DNA of 63,098 nt, the filler included, from Octopus bimaculoides (taxonomy: Eukaryota), in the NCBI RefSeq assembly GCF_001194135.2. It is 5 parts of 4 records of this genome, joined end to end, with 100 filler letters (N's around TTAATTAATTAA, not from the genome) between each part and the next. Parts side by side here need not be neighbours in the genome. Positions count along the whole stretch, not along the records: positions 15,075 to 28,218 come from NC_068981.1; positions 28,319 to 47,214 come from NC_068994.1; 3 more parts are not named here. The stretch is one strand, 5' to 3'. Made by a program: the position numbers and the translations under genes. The notes beneath the pieces are model-generated. The model did not search any database. It had not been told where the DNA came from and saw only the letters and a list, made by a program, of their open reading frames with translations. Shown here piece by piece: positions 24,224-35,298 of the stretch; position 1 is the first letter of the stretch; each line of letters starts with the position of its first letter.

Positions 24224-24600
24224 CAGTCGAACCTCTCAGTACGAGTGTACCATTGTACGAAGCCAAACTCGTGCGAATTTTTGACTTGAAGTACGAGCGA
24301 AAATTCGGAGTTCGAGCACACAAATTGTACCATCTTTAAGGTAATTCACTGAATAATACCAGTTTACATATTTCTTTTGCATTCTCGTTTTTATAACTGC
24401 CATTTTACTTGTAACTGCACCTTTTCTGTTTTAAAACCCATAAAAATTATTCTTGAGTGGGTTTTTTTTGGGGGGGGGGCTGAAACGGATTAATTATATT
24501 TTATTTAATTTCAGTGGGGAAAATTGATTTGTAAAACGAGTGAATCGTAAGACGAGCTCGGTCATGGAACGAATTAAACTCGTACTGCGAATTGTCACTG
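24224..24600. mobile_element. pogo/Tigger-like MITE (377 bp)
   Basis: Left TA|CAGTCGAACCTCTCAGTACGAG; right end reverse-complements to CAGTGACAATTCGCAGTACGAG. Confidence 0.7.
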
Positions 24601-25089
24601 TGCTACAAAACTTTTAAATCATTATAATGTTTAACGTTAAAATCTAGCGTCTCCTTTTATAGACAGTAATTCGCTCACATTCCTCCCTCTTCCTACTCTC
24701 TTATCTTTGTGCCGTGTTTTGCCCTGCCACTCTGTTGACTTGCATCTGCTTTCTTTTAGAATTCACTTACTTTCCGACCGATTTTTCTGCTGATGCCTTC
24801 CCTGACACTCTGGCAAACCACCCTGTAAATGTCCAGTTCTTACAATTAGCTTTATTTCTCCTCTCTCCGGTTTTCGTCAACTGATGTCTTCATTATACTA
24901 ATCCATCTCGTCATTCTAACTCACGCAATATTCCCTCTCTTACCTTTAGTTCTTTATTTAATACTCCACTTTCAAATACGTATCTTCCGTCGCCGACGAG
25001 GGTGAGCAGTCTTTATCGAATGGATTCACTGGAATTTTTGTTATTATATAGACCTGCAACATCATGGGTCTTCATTATGTAAGAATGTG

Positions 25090-25314
25090 GCGAGCTGGTA
25101 GAAACGTTAGCACCCCGGACGAAATGCTTAGCGGTATTTCGTCTGTCTTTACGTTCTGAGTTCAAATTCCGCCGAGATCGACTTTGCCTTTCATCCTTTC
25201 GGGGTCGATAAATAAAGCACCAGTTACGCACTGGGGTCAATGTAATCGACTTAATCCCTTTGTCTGTCCTTGTTTGTCTCCTCTATGTTCAGCCCCTTGT
25301 GGGTAATAAAGAAA
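25090..25314 (+). mobile_element. young tRNA-derived SINE with 10-bp TSD
   Basis: Intact head and B-box; TAAGAATGTG at 25080-25089 and 25315-25324; tail differs from the 2545/2885 copies. Confidence 0.92.
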
Positions 25315-26180
25315 TAAGAATGTGTTTGCGGTGTCAGCCACGATTTACCCATAACAGCTGTCAACATAAAACTATCACATAAGTTACTTTATTTCTCTTT
25401 CCCTGCTCAGCATTCAGTATTCCATATGTGTATATGTATTAAGCTTACTTGACTATATTCGCCTTTCTGCTCTCTCTCTTTCTCTCTCTCCCTCTCTCTC
25501 TCTCATTCCATATATATATATGTGTGTGTTAATATAAATTTGAGCGATGTTTCTCTGTCCGTTACGTTTTTATGTTCGCTAACTCCTTCTAGATCGTTGG
25601 AGCAAGGACAACGAAACTCAAACCAACAACTCCCCTAATCCCAGGGAATCTCCTAAGGGAGTCTATTTTTTTAAAGGCCACCTAATTGAAGCCCCACTGA
25701 CGTCTCCTACTTTTACTGCATTTTAAACTGAATACATTGCATTGGCGACCAAATCGGAGCAATGAACTCCCAGGGAGTATCGTAAGGAGGTTCATTTTCT
25801 GAGGGACCACTTAAATGAGGCCCTACTTACCTCCCTATCTTTACTGCATTTACCGCGCCTCTACGTTTATTGATTAAACTGTGATCAGCATCAGAGCTTA
25901 GCACATTTGCAGAAATAAATGGGTGTGTGGATATATGTCGGGTAGAGAGTTTGAAAAGGGGTATCGGATAATTAATACCAGGAGATACATATACAATGAA
26001 TGTGTCCGAGTCCATTACATTACACAAGGATAGAAAGCCGTGAAGCGACCCGACAGTGGGGTCGAAAGCCTCAAAGGTGCCCTCCGCAGGAGCTAGCCTG
26101 AACGCCGCTCGAGGGACGGCTTCAAGGCTAGTATATGTATATGTATATATACATATACATATACATATATTGTATATGTG

Positions 26181-26236
<56 letters not shown>

Positions 26237-26649
26237 TTAAATATACATAATTCAGGTATTATTATGAGTGTATGCACATATTGCAATTCAAACTTAATAT
26301 TCATAGCATTTATAGTATTTATAAAATTCAAACATATTACACGGGAGATGATAATTCGGTAGTTGTTCTCCCTTGACGTGTATATCTATTTAGTTTACTT
26401 CAAAACCTTGTGTGATCTCACGTGATTTTATTGGGCTTTCATCCTAGATGGAGGCAAACACCAACTTCACATGAATAAACTTGAACAATTGTTCAGAGAT
26501 TTCTCTCTCAACATGAAATCAATGGTAGTTTCGGTTATCCCACGAATTACGAATATTTACCCACCAATGCAGTGTTGAGCGCTCATTCTCACTGTTCAAT
26601 ATTAACATGTGTGTATCATATATATATAACAAATTAAAAACTCGGCATA

Positions 26650-26880
26650 TTAGCAAATAGAGCTTGAAAGCTCAGGTCACCAATTGGACAGGTCAGTCGG
26701 GTTGCCCGCCTTCTTGCGAAGGAGGGCCAACCTGCCACGCTTCAAGACATTGGGTATCCGCCCGACCAGGATCTGGCAGTTGAATATGTTGATTAGGATA
26801 GCATGGTAAATGGACCTGACTTCGCGAGGTGTCAGGCCGTTCGGACCGACAGTGGAGGCCGAATCCATGCGCCGGGGTAC
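26650..26880 (-). mobile_element. R2-like (RLE-clade) RT fragment
   Basis: SASTVGPNGLT..IFN..GRIPNVLKRGRLALLRKKAGNPTDLSNW*P matches RT motifs SAPGPDG / NWRPI. Confidence 0.65.
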
Positions 26881-26939
26881 GATTTTGATTGGTTTTACTT
26901 ATAGGACTTATAAAGGAAGTTGAATTTAACCCTAGGCAT

Positions 26940-27009
26940 TAAGAACTGCTGATGAGAATTAAGGTGGTTTACACCAAAATTAGAAATCGCGATATGGCTA
27001 TGTTCGTTA
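26940..27009 (+). ncRNA. type-I hammerhead ribozyme candidate
   Basis: CTGATGA 26949-26955; helix II AATT/AATT + GGTG/CACC; GAAA 26983-26986; palindromic helix III ATCGCGAT; UA 26993-26994; bulged helix I. Confidence 0.6.
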
Positions 27010-27130
27010 GAGACCTACGTCCGTTTGTCACTCATTAAGTATAGTGCTTCAGTGGCTTTAGAGTTAATTTAACTCTTATTTTACCGTAAGCGGTGCTAGT
27101 TAGCACCTTCCGTCACTTTAGTGACCTCTA

Positions 27131-27170
<40 letters not shown>

Positions 27171-27563
27171 TACATACATACATACATACATACATACATA
27201 CATACATACATACATACATACAGGCATACACACACACATACATATATATATGTGTCAGTGTGTCTGTGTAAATATAAACAGTTAGGCACAACCTAATGCC
27301 ATAAAGGAAAATTTAACCGTTACTAAGTGTAACCAATGGTACCAAAGTACCTACATTGCTAGAAATACGAGTTAAGAAATGTTTAATGCTATAAGAAGCG
27401 CGTAATATATATCTACACACTGACAGATGCATAAACACCCAATGACTGTTTCTAGAATCACTAGACTAGGCCCAGTTTCGTCTATTCTGTAGGCATAGTC
27501 AGTAGTGACTGCTCAGACGGTTGTTGGTTTGGCTAGTTTCGTCTGCCAGTGTATATATTTACA

Positions 27564-27620
<57 letters not shown>

Positions 27621-27724
27621 TATATACATATACATTCATATATGTGCGTGTGTGAATGTATACATATATATCATATATATATATATATTTNNNNNNNNNN
27701 NNNNNNNNNNNNNNNNNNNNNNNN

Positions 27725-27763
<39 letters not shown>

Positions 27764-27842
27764 CATACATACATATATATACATACATACATGTGTGTGT
27801 GTATGTGTGTGTGTGTGTGTGTGTGAGAGAGTGTCAAAATCT

Positions 27843-28218
27843 TTGCCAATAGACAAAGAGCCGGTTTCTAAACTAGATCCAAGACTCCTTCGTTGGAATT
27901 TCAACATCAACAACAGGGTATTTTGTATGTATGTATGTATGTATGTATGTATGTATGTATGTGAAAATTTGTATGCTTTGCTTTATGTATGTATTCTCAT
28001 GCATATAGTTGCATATCTAGATATGCTCATATATATTTAAATGATAAACTCTGAAAAGTTTTACAGATCTTTACAGTTGCAGTGATGGATTGTATCTGCA
28101 GTCTTCGAATTAGCTTTCTCCATTTGGTTTTCAGGAGCCAAATTTCTCAAGATAGTTATTTAGGTAGTGTTACATATCCCAGGACTCCAATAATTACAGC
28201 TATAAACCTAAACTTGTA
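27843..28218 (-). mobile_element. R4-like non-LTR retrotransposon 3' end
   Basis: YKFRFIAVIIGVLGYV...RRLQIQSITATVKICKTF; 3' UTR homologous to 40270-40478. Confidence 0.75.
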
Positions 28219-28404
28219 NNNNNNNNNNNNNNNNNNNNNNNNNNNNNNNNNNNNNNNNNNNNTTAATTAATTAANNNNNNNNNNNNNNNNNNNNNNNNNN
28301 NNNNNNNNNNNNNNNNNNTATATATATATATATACATACACATATATATATATATGTATGCATATGCATATATTAAAAAATATATATATATGTATGAAAA
28401 TATA

Positions 28405-28418
28405 TCTTTCCTTTGTAG
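28405..28418 (+). promoter_or_regulatory. candidate 3' splice site of a 5'-UTR intron of the ZNF gene
   Basis: TCTTTCCTTTGTAG 80 nt before the ATG; in-frame TAA at 28487-28489 means 28499 is the first usable ATG. Confidence 0.5.
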
Positions 28419-28498
28419 TGACAACAGCTCTGTTTGGAAGAATTTCCCCTGTCAAGTGGTCAGTGAATGCATCATCAATATCTAAATAACTACGTATC

Positions 28499-29878
28499 AT
28501 GAAAAAAACCCCAAGGTGTGATATCTGCGGCAAAGTGTTTTCCCGCCGAGACAATCTCGAGAGACATAAGGCTACACACCAAGGAACTAAGCTTTTCACT
28601 TGTGAAGTGTGTAGTAAACATTTTTCGCGTAAGTCCTACCTCAAGGTCCATCGAAGAATCCACACGGGCGAAAGACCCTATAAGTGTCCCACTTGCAGTT
28701 ACGTTTTCAGTCGACACGACCACCTGGCTACTCACCTGTCAACCCACCAGGACCACCGGCTTTATACGTGTGATGTCTGTTGCAAAGCGTTCAGTCGGCG
28801 TTCCTACCTCGATGTGCACAAACGTATCCATACTGGTGAGAGACCTTACAAGTGTTCAACATGCGGCTACGCATTCAGTCGCAATGATCACCTGGTCAGC
28901 CACCTGCGGACGCACCAAGGCTTGAAGCTGTTTACATGCGATGTCTGTTGCAAGGCATTCAGCCGTCGTTCATATTTGAAAGTGCACAAACGCATCCACA
29001 CTGGTGAGCGTCCGTTCAAGTGCACAATCTGTGGATATGCATTTGCTCGCAATGACCATCTGCAGAATCACAACAAGCCAAACAAAGGCATGAGAAAGAT
29101 CAGCTGTGTACCGCAGGGGCATCTGCTGGAGCAGATGCAACATGGAGACTTGCAGCATCCGACTGAAGTTGTTGGATGTGACATCAATGGCAAAGACATA
29201 GAAGAAGATGATGAAGAGGAGGAGGAGGAAGAGGGAGATGAAGAGGAGGAAGATGATGTGGGGATACCAGACGAGCTGGTAGGAGGAGGAATAATTGGAG
29301 GAGGACAAGAAGAAGAGGAAGATGATGATGAAGTAGAAGCTGGAGGAGGAGGAGGTGAAATAGGCATAGGAGAAGAAGGAATAGTAGCGGAAGGAATCGG
29401 TGGAGAGATGTTGCAACAACAACAGGAAGAACAGGCGGAACGAGAGGAGAATCTTGGAGGCGACTGTAGCAGTATCATCAGTCACCCACAGATCACCACA
29501 CTGGTGTGTCACCAACCAGATCTTGCCACTGCGGCCACCCTATCGGGCATTGGTGATGAGGACGAGCAGCAACAGCAGCAACAGCAGCTGGCTGTTGCAA
29601 GTGCTACGATGGTAGATCCAACCACCCAGCATCTACACCCAGCAGTCATGGCTACCGCCACCGCTGCTGTCACCACGGCTGGCACCACCACCACGTTGAT
29701 GTATCCAATCACGCAGATCTTCCCAACGATTCAGATGTCGGCAACAGCCACACAGATTTTCCCCACTATCCAAATGTTCCCTGTTACCACCCAACTATCA
29801 GCCGACAGTACCCAGCTCGGCCTGACCAACCCCCACACTGGCGTGGCACACAAGCTCAACGGTTCCATCACCACCTAA
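28499..29878 (+). CDS. C2H2 zinc-finger protein, 459 aa (6 canonical + 1 degenerate finger; acidic/Gly/Gln-rich region; Thr-rich tail)
   Basis: Uninterrupted ORF; CxxC-x12-H-x3-H fingers at 28-aa spacing with TGERP linkers; repeated fingers diverge mostly at synonymous sites. Confidence 0.95.
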   Translation: MKKTPRCDICGKVFSRRDNLERHKATHQGTKLFTCEVCSKHFSRKSYLKVHRRIHTGERPYKCPTCSYVFSRHDHLATHLSTHQDHRLYTCDVCCKAFSRRSYLDVHKRIHTGERPYKCSTCGYAFSRNDHLVSHLRTHQGLKLFTCDVCCKAFSRRSYLKVHKRIHTGERPFKCTICGYAFARNDHLQNHNKPNKGMRKISCVPQGHLLEQMQHGDLQHPTEVVGCDINGKDIEEDDEEEEEEEGDEEEEDDVGIPDELVGGGIIGGGQEEEEDDDEVEAGGGGGEIGIGEEGIVAEGIGGEMLQQQQEEQAEREENLGGDCSSIISHPQITTLVCHQPDLATAATLSGIGDEDEQQQQQQQLAVASATMVDPTTQHLHPAVMATATAAVTTAGTTTTLMYPITQIFPTIQMSATATQIFPTIQMFPVTTQLSADSTQLGLTNPHTGVAHKLNGSITT

Positions 29879-30898
29879 ACCTTTCCTTCTCCTTCTCCTC
29901 CTCCTCATTCTCAACTTAACCCTTTATAAACAAAACAACAACACTAATTCGTAAAAGCAATAATATTTATACATCTTTATATATACATGCACATAAATAT
30001 ATATATGTGTGTGAATATGTACACACATATAAACACATATACAAGTGTGGGGACCCTTCTTTATCCAGCAACTATTATTTGAATTTTTTTTGAGAACTAA
30101 ATTATCCAGGCAAGGTTAATGTACCTATAAATGTGTGTGTGTGTGCGTGTGTGTGTACGTATGCCTATGCCTCCTCACCCTAATTCCCCCACCATAAGTC
30201 CTTGCGGACCTACTCATGCCTATGAAAATACCCCTCCCTCACATCAACACCGCCACCACCAACAAAAAAAAAAGCACTTTTCTAGGATAGGGAAAAATGA
30301 ATTAGCTGGTTTTTATTTGTTGGGGACATCACTTTCCTTCTCATTCAAACTCCAACATTTTTTTATTATTTTTTTATTTCTGAAGGGTCCCCCTACTTTT
30401 CACAAATTCTCCCATTGGTCAATGTGGGTCCTACTTTAGTTTCTCTCTGGTCTACCTGACTGCTGATAATTCAAACCAAAAAAAAAAATCACAAAACAAA
30501 ACTAAAAATGTCATTAGTTGTTAACCAGCACATATATATTTTTCACCTTTATCTCTTAACCTTTGACCTCTATAGGTTTGTTAATTCATTAGGACATTCA
30601 AACTTCATTTACTAATGACCACTCTCTTCCCAGCTCTACTCCATCTTTTTCCTCAACCCTAATAATGCTAACCTGTATATCCCTCTCTTTACCCTCTTTT
30701 CCAAACTTAAAAACTGACCTGTGTATCAACATCCCCTTTCTCTCCTCAACTCCACCACCCTTTTGTCAACCTCTTTCCATAACTCTAAAGACAGTCAGTA
30801 CGAATTCTCTCCATCATCCTCTTCCTTACCAATGATCTTAAGTATCTTGTCCTTTACTTTCTTAACTCTATTATTTTAGAGTTTTATTTGTTCTTCAT

Positions 30899-31100
30899 TT
30901 TGACCACTCAGTATTTTGACTGACAGTGTTTGACCACTCAGTAGTGTGATTTCTAGTCTTTGACCATTCATTAGTGTAGTTGTCAGCTTTTGACGGTTCG
31001 TTAGTATAGCTCTCTGTCTTTGACCATTCAGTAGTATGGTTGTCAATCCTTGATCACTCGATGGAGTAATTGTCTGTCTTTGATCACCTACTCAGCGGTG
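30899..31100 (-). repeat. exact-period 30-bp degenerate tandem repeat, ~7 units
   Basis: TGAC/TGAT recurs at 30901, 30931, 30961, 30991, 31021, 31051, 31081. Confidence 0.9.
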
Positions 31101-32005
31101 TAGCTTCCAAACTTCTCCTCCTTCCTAGCCTTACCTCTGATCATTGTTGGCCACTACCTCCAGACTCACAAAAGACCTCTTATAATTCTTCTTCTGCACT
31201 CTCTTCTTCCAACTCCACACTTCAATATAAACCTTTACTAACCAGTGAAAGTTCTCCCTTCCACCAGTTCTTCACCTTGTATTTTTACTGTTGTGTCCAC
31301 TGACCAATAGAAATTCTCTTTCTCCCCTTCCCCAGTCATCAATAACAGACTTTTACTATTCAATGAGGGAAACTTTATGTGGTCATTTATGCTGCTGGAA
31401 ATGGCAGCCAAATTTTCATCTAATCATATTCCACCATCTTCAATTAGAAAATTAGAAAGGGAAACACGGACAACATAGTCCTACATTCACTCTAAAAACA
31501 TGGGGTGGTCATGACTGGAACGCCTTTAATTATAGGTTTAATTAATAAAGTTGTCCTGTGGGGAAAGATAAAGAATCATATAAACAGCAGCAATACAATT
31601 TCCTCAATCATGCCCTGCCTTCACCTTTACACTGAATAATATAGCCTTCTCCTCAACACTTCTTCCTCTGTCTTTCCATAACATAAATCCCTCCCTCTCT
31701 CTTTTTCTCTTTCTCTCCAAATCCCAGCAGTGACCAGTACAACTGTACACACACTCTATTTCTTTAAAGCACAACCACTTGACCAATGTAAATACAATAT
31801 AATACCTTCCCCTTCCTCAATCATTCTACAGCCATGCTATTTATGTTCAGCTGTCCTCTTTCTCACTTTGTCCCAGTCCTGCAAATTGACCAGTGGAGCA
31901 GCACCCCACCCTCTTCCTCAATATCTTTTGATTTCCTTCCACAACCGAACCACTAACCAGTGTATGTCCCTAGATAATGATGACCATGATAATAATAACA
32001 ACAAC

Positions 32006-32061
<56 letters not shown>

Positions 32062-32368
32062 TAATAATTATACAAAAAATAATTTTTATTATATCTTTTG
32101 TAAAAAACAACAACAATAATAATACTACTACTAATAATAATGATAATAATGATGCTGACGATGATAATAATAATAATGATAATAATAATGATAGTGATAG
32201 TAGTACTGATATTATATTTCTTTGTTAAAACTTGCAGGCCTTATAGCTGAAATGACAAATCAATTGGGACTGTATAAGTCTGGGCAGTACTTCATGTGGT
32301 TGTGGTTCAGAAATGGTTGTGACTCCACTGCACCAGATAACTACATTGGTTGGTGGATTGGTTTGTGA

Positions 32369-32394
32369 GGGGAGGTATGGGGTTGGGGTTGGGG
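32369..32394 (+). other. G-quadruplex-forming motif
   Basis: GGGG-AGGTAT-GGGG-TT-GGGG-TT-GGGG. Confidence 0.7.
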
Positions 32395-32514
32395 TTGGTC
32401 ACTTGTTTAGTGTAGAGAAAACACTGCATTAAAAAAGTGATAGCATTTAAAAAAAAAATCTTACTGATATACACACACACACACACCCATATCAATAAAA
32501 AAACTGAATGCTTT

Positions 32515-32562
<48 letters not shown>

Positions 32563-33129
32563 NNNNNNNNNNNNNNNNNNNNNNNNNNNNNNNNNNNNNN
32601 NNNNNNNNNNNNNNNNNNNNNNNNNNNNNNNNNNNNNNNNNNNNNNNNNNNNNNNNNNNNNNNNNNNNNNNNNNNNNNNNNNNNNNNNNNNNNNNNNNNN
32701 NNNNNNNNNNNNNNNNNNNNNNNNNNNNNNNNNNNNNNNNNNNNNNNNNNNNNNNNNNNNNNNNNNNNNNNNNNNNNNNNNNNNNNNNNNNNNNNNNNNN
32801 NNNNNNNNNNNNNNNNNNNNNNNNNNNNNNNNNNNNNNNNNNNNNNNNNNNNNNNNNNNNNNNNNNNNNNNNNNNNNNNNNNNNNNNNNNNNNNNNNNNN
32901 NNNNNNNNNNNNNNNNNNNNNNNNNNNNNNNNNNNNNNNNNNNNNNNNNNNNNNNNNNNNNNNNNNNNNNNNNNNNNNNNNNNNNNNNNNNNNNNNNNNN
33001 NNNNNNNNNNNNNNNNNNNNNNNNNNNNNNNNNNNNNNNNNNNNNNNNNNNNNNNNNNNNNNNNNNNNNNNNNNNNNNNNNNNNNNNNNNNNNNNNNNNN
33101 NNNNNNNNNNNNNNNNNNNNNNNNNNNNN

Positions 33130-33178
<49 letters not shown>

Positions 33179-33277
33179 AAATATAGGGATGGTATTATTA
33201 AAATGCCATACACACACACACATGCACATTTACACGCACACACACATACACACACAAACATGTATGTATACACATAA

Positions 33278-33480
33278 CAGCTGGCAAAATTGTTAGTGTA
33301 GCATTCAAAATGCTTAGTAGCATTTCTTCTGACTCTGTACATCCTGAGTTCAAATCCTGCTAAGGCTAGCTTTGCCTTTAATCCTTTTGTGACCAACAAA
33401 ATGAAGTAACATTCAAAGTACTGGATCAATGTGATCAACTATCCTGTTCTTCTTTAAATCGGTGGTCATGTGCCAAAATG
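33278..33480 (+). mobile_element. old CpG-decayed SINE
   Basis: AGCTGGCAAAATTGTTAG...GAGTTCAAATCC...TTTGCCTTTAATCC. Confidence 0.7.
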
Positions 33481-35239
33481 TGTTACAATTATTATAGGCT
33501 TATATATTTGGACAGAATAGTTTGTATGTATCATAAAATAATTATAAATCCTCATCTCTGAAAGTTGGACAAAAATAGTTGCATTATATTAAAAAAAATT
33601 CTTTTATGTCTTTTGTTCCATAGTTAGAGTTGTTTAAAGTATAAGCTTGAACACATGTATCAAGGTAGGTAAGAACAAACAGCCTATGATTATAGATAAC
33701 AATGATGATGATGATGATGATGATAATAATAATAATAATAATAATAATAATTTCAAGTAGGAATAGCAACTTCCCAGATCTCAGATTTACCTCATTGGTT
33801 ACAATACTGCCTTTGAGCAAAAGTAATATACAAAAAAACCAAGATCTTAATTTTGTTTAGTTTCAGTCTAAATATCTGACTAAAAAATTCCACTACTTCA
33901 TTTATGAAATGTAGCAATTCAGAAAGAGGACTTAATTGACATGAGCTGGTATTCTAATATCTGATTTGGCTGTTTGTTTCATTATTTACATGTTTTTGCA
34001 AAAGTACAACCTTTGATCAATAAGCAGTAAGCAAGGTATATAACTCTACCTGCTTGAAATGGCTTGGATGACAAACAGGTTCTACACTTATTCTTCACAT
34101 TTGAATAGTTAACATTAGAAAAGGCAGGAATCCAGCTGTAAAAATGCTCCTCCACTGCATGCTATGAAACCAGCTTGATTTAGCTTCTTTTTCACTCTAT
34201 AGATAAACTCTAATAAACTAGTTTCAGTTCCCAGCTGGAACAGTTAAACTTCCTTTATATTGTTAATGCTGCATTAGGGAGGTGGAGATAATCACAAACT
34301 TTTACAACCCTCAATTCCAGCTCTGTGTTTATCTCAGGCAATATATCTACATAACATAAAATTAATAGGGCATTAGATTTTGTATGAATGAATAGTAAGA
34401 AAGCATTAAATGCTTTGTAGAAACTTGTGGTGCTTCTCTTGCTTCTACTTGAATCTAAAGGGATATATTTCAAACTATAGGAACAGATATATGTCAATTA
34501 GATATTTAAATATGTAACTATATCTATATCTATATATATATATTCACACTCCTATACAAACATGCATATATGCATACTGATATATATATATGCATATGTG
34601 TGTGTGTATGAATATACATATGTATAAGTATATACATACATATATGTGTTTCTTTTATTCTTATATTCTTTTAGTGGTTTCAGTAAATGGACTGTAGTCA
34701 TGCTGGAGCTCTGCCTCATTTTTATTTTTGTTTATTTATCTATTATCTCTTTTTTGTCTTTAAACAAAGGAGGTATGCTTTGACAGTTCTCTTCCATTTC
34801 AAGACTAGAGCTGCTGGCAGCTTTAGGTGAGGAAATATATACAGAATTAAAAATGTTTTGGCATAAACTGTACTTAAAATAACAAAGGAAAATAAAAACA
34901 CCAAAAATAAAAAGGAATGATAAAAAGAGAAGACTAGAAACAGGAGTGATAATAACAACAGCAATGTTTAGCCATGTTTTTTTTTTTGCAGGGTTGGGGT
35001 TAGTAAGTGAATGACGAACAATACTTCAAAATGAAACCTTTGAGTAGTTTTCACCTCCAAGTATAATTCTTTGCCCTTTTTTCTGTTCTATCAGTAAAAT
35101 CTGTCTGACATTCACAACAAAACACCAACAAATAACAACAACATCAAACTAGAATAATAGGCTTATTTTAAAATTATCATATTCCATGGCAGGTCCCACG
35201 ACATGGTGGTAAGTTGTTAATAAAAATAATGATTATAGT

Positions 35240-35298
<59 letters not shown>

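Noticed and set aside
28518-29712. Alternative-frame and antisense ORFs overlapping the ZNF CDS
   Set aside because: Shadows of a repetitive coding sequence; no independent motifs.
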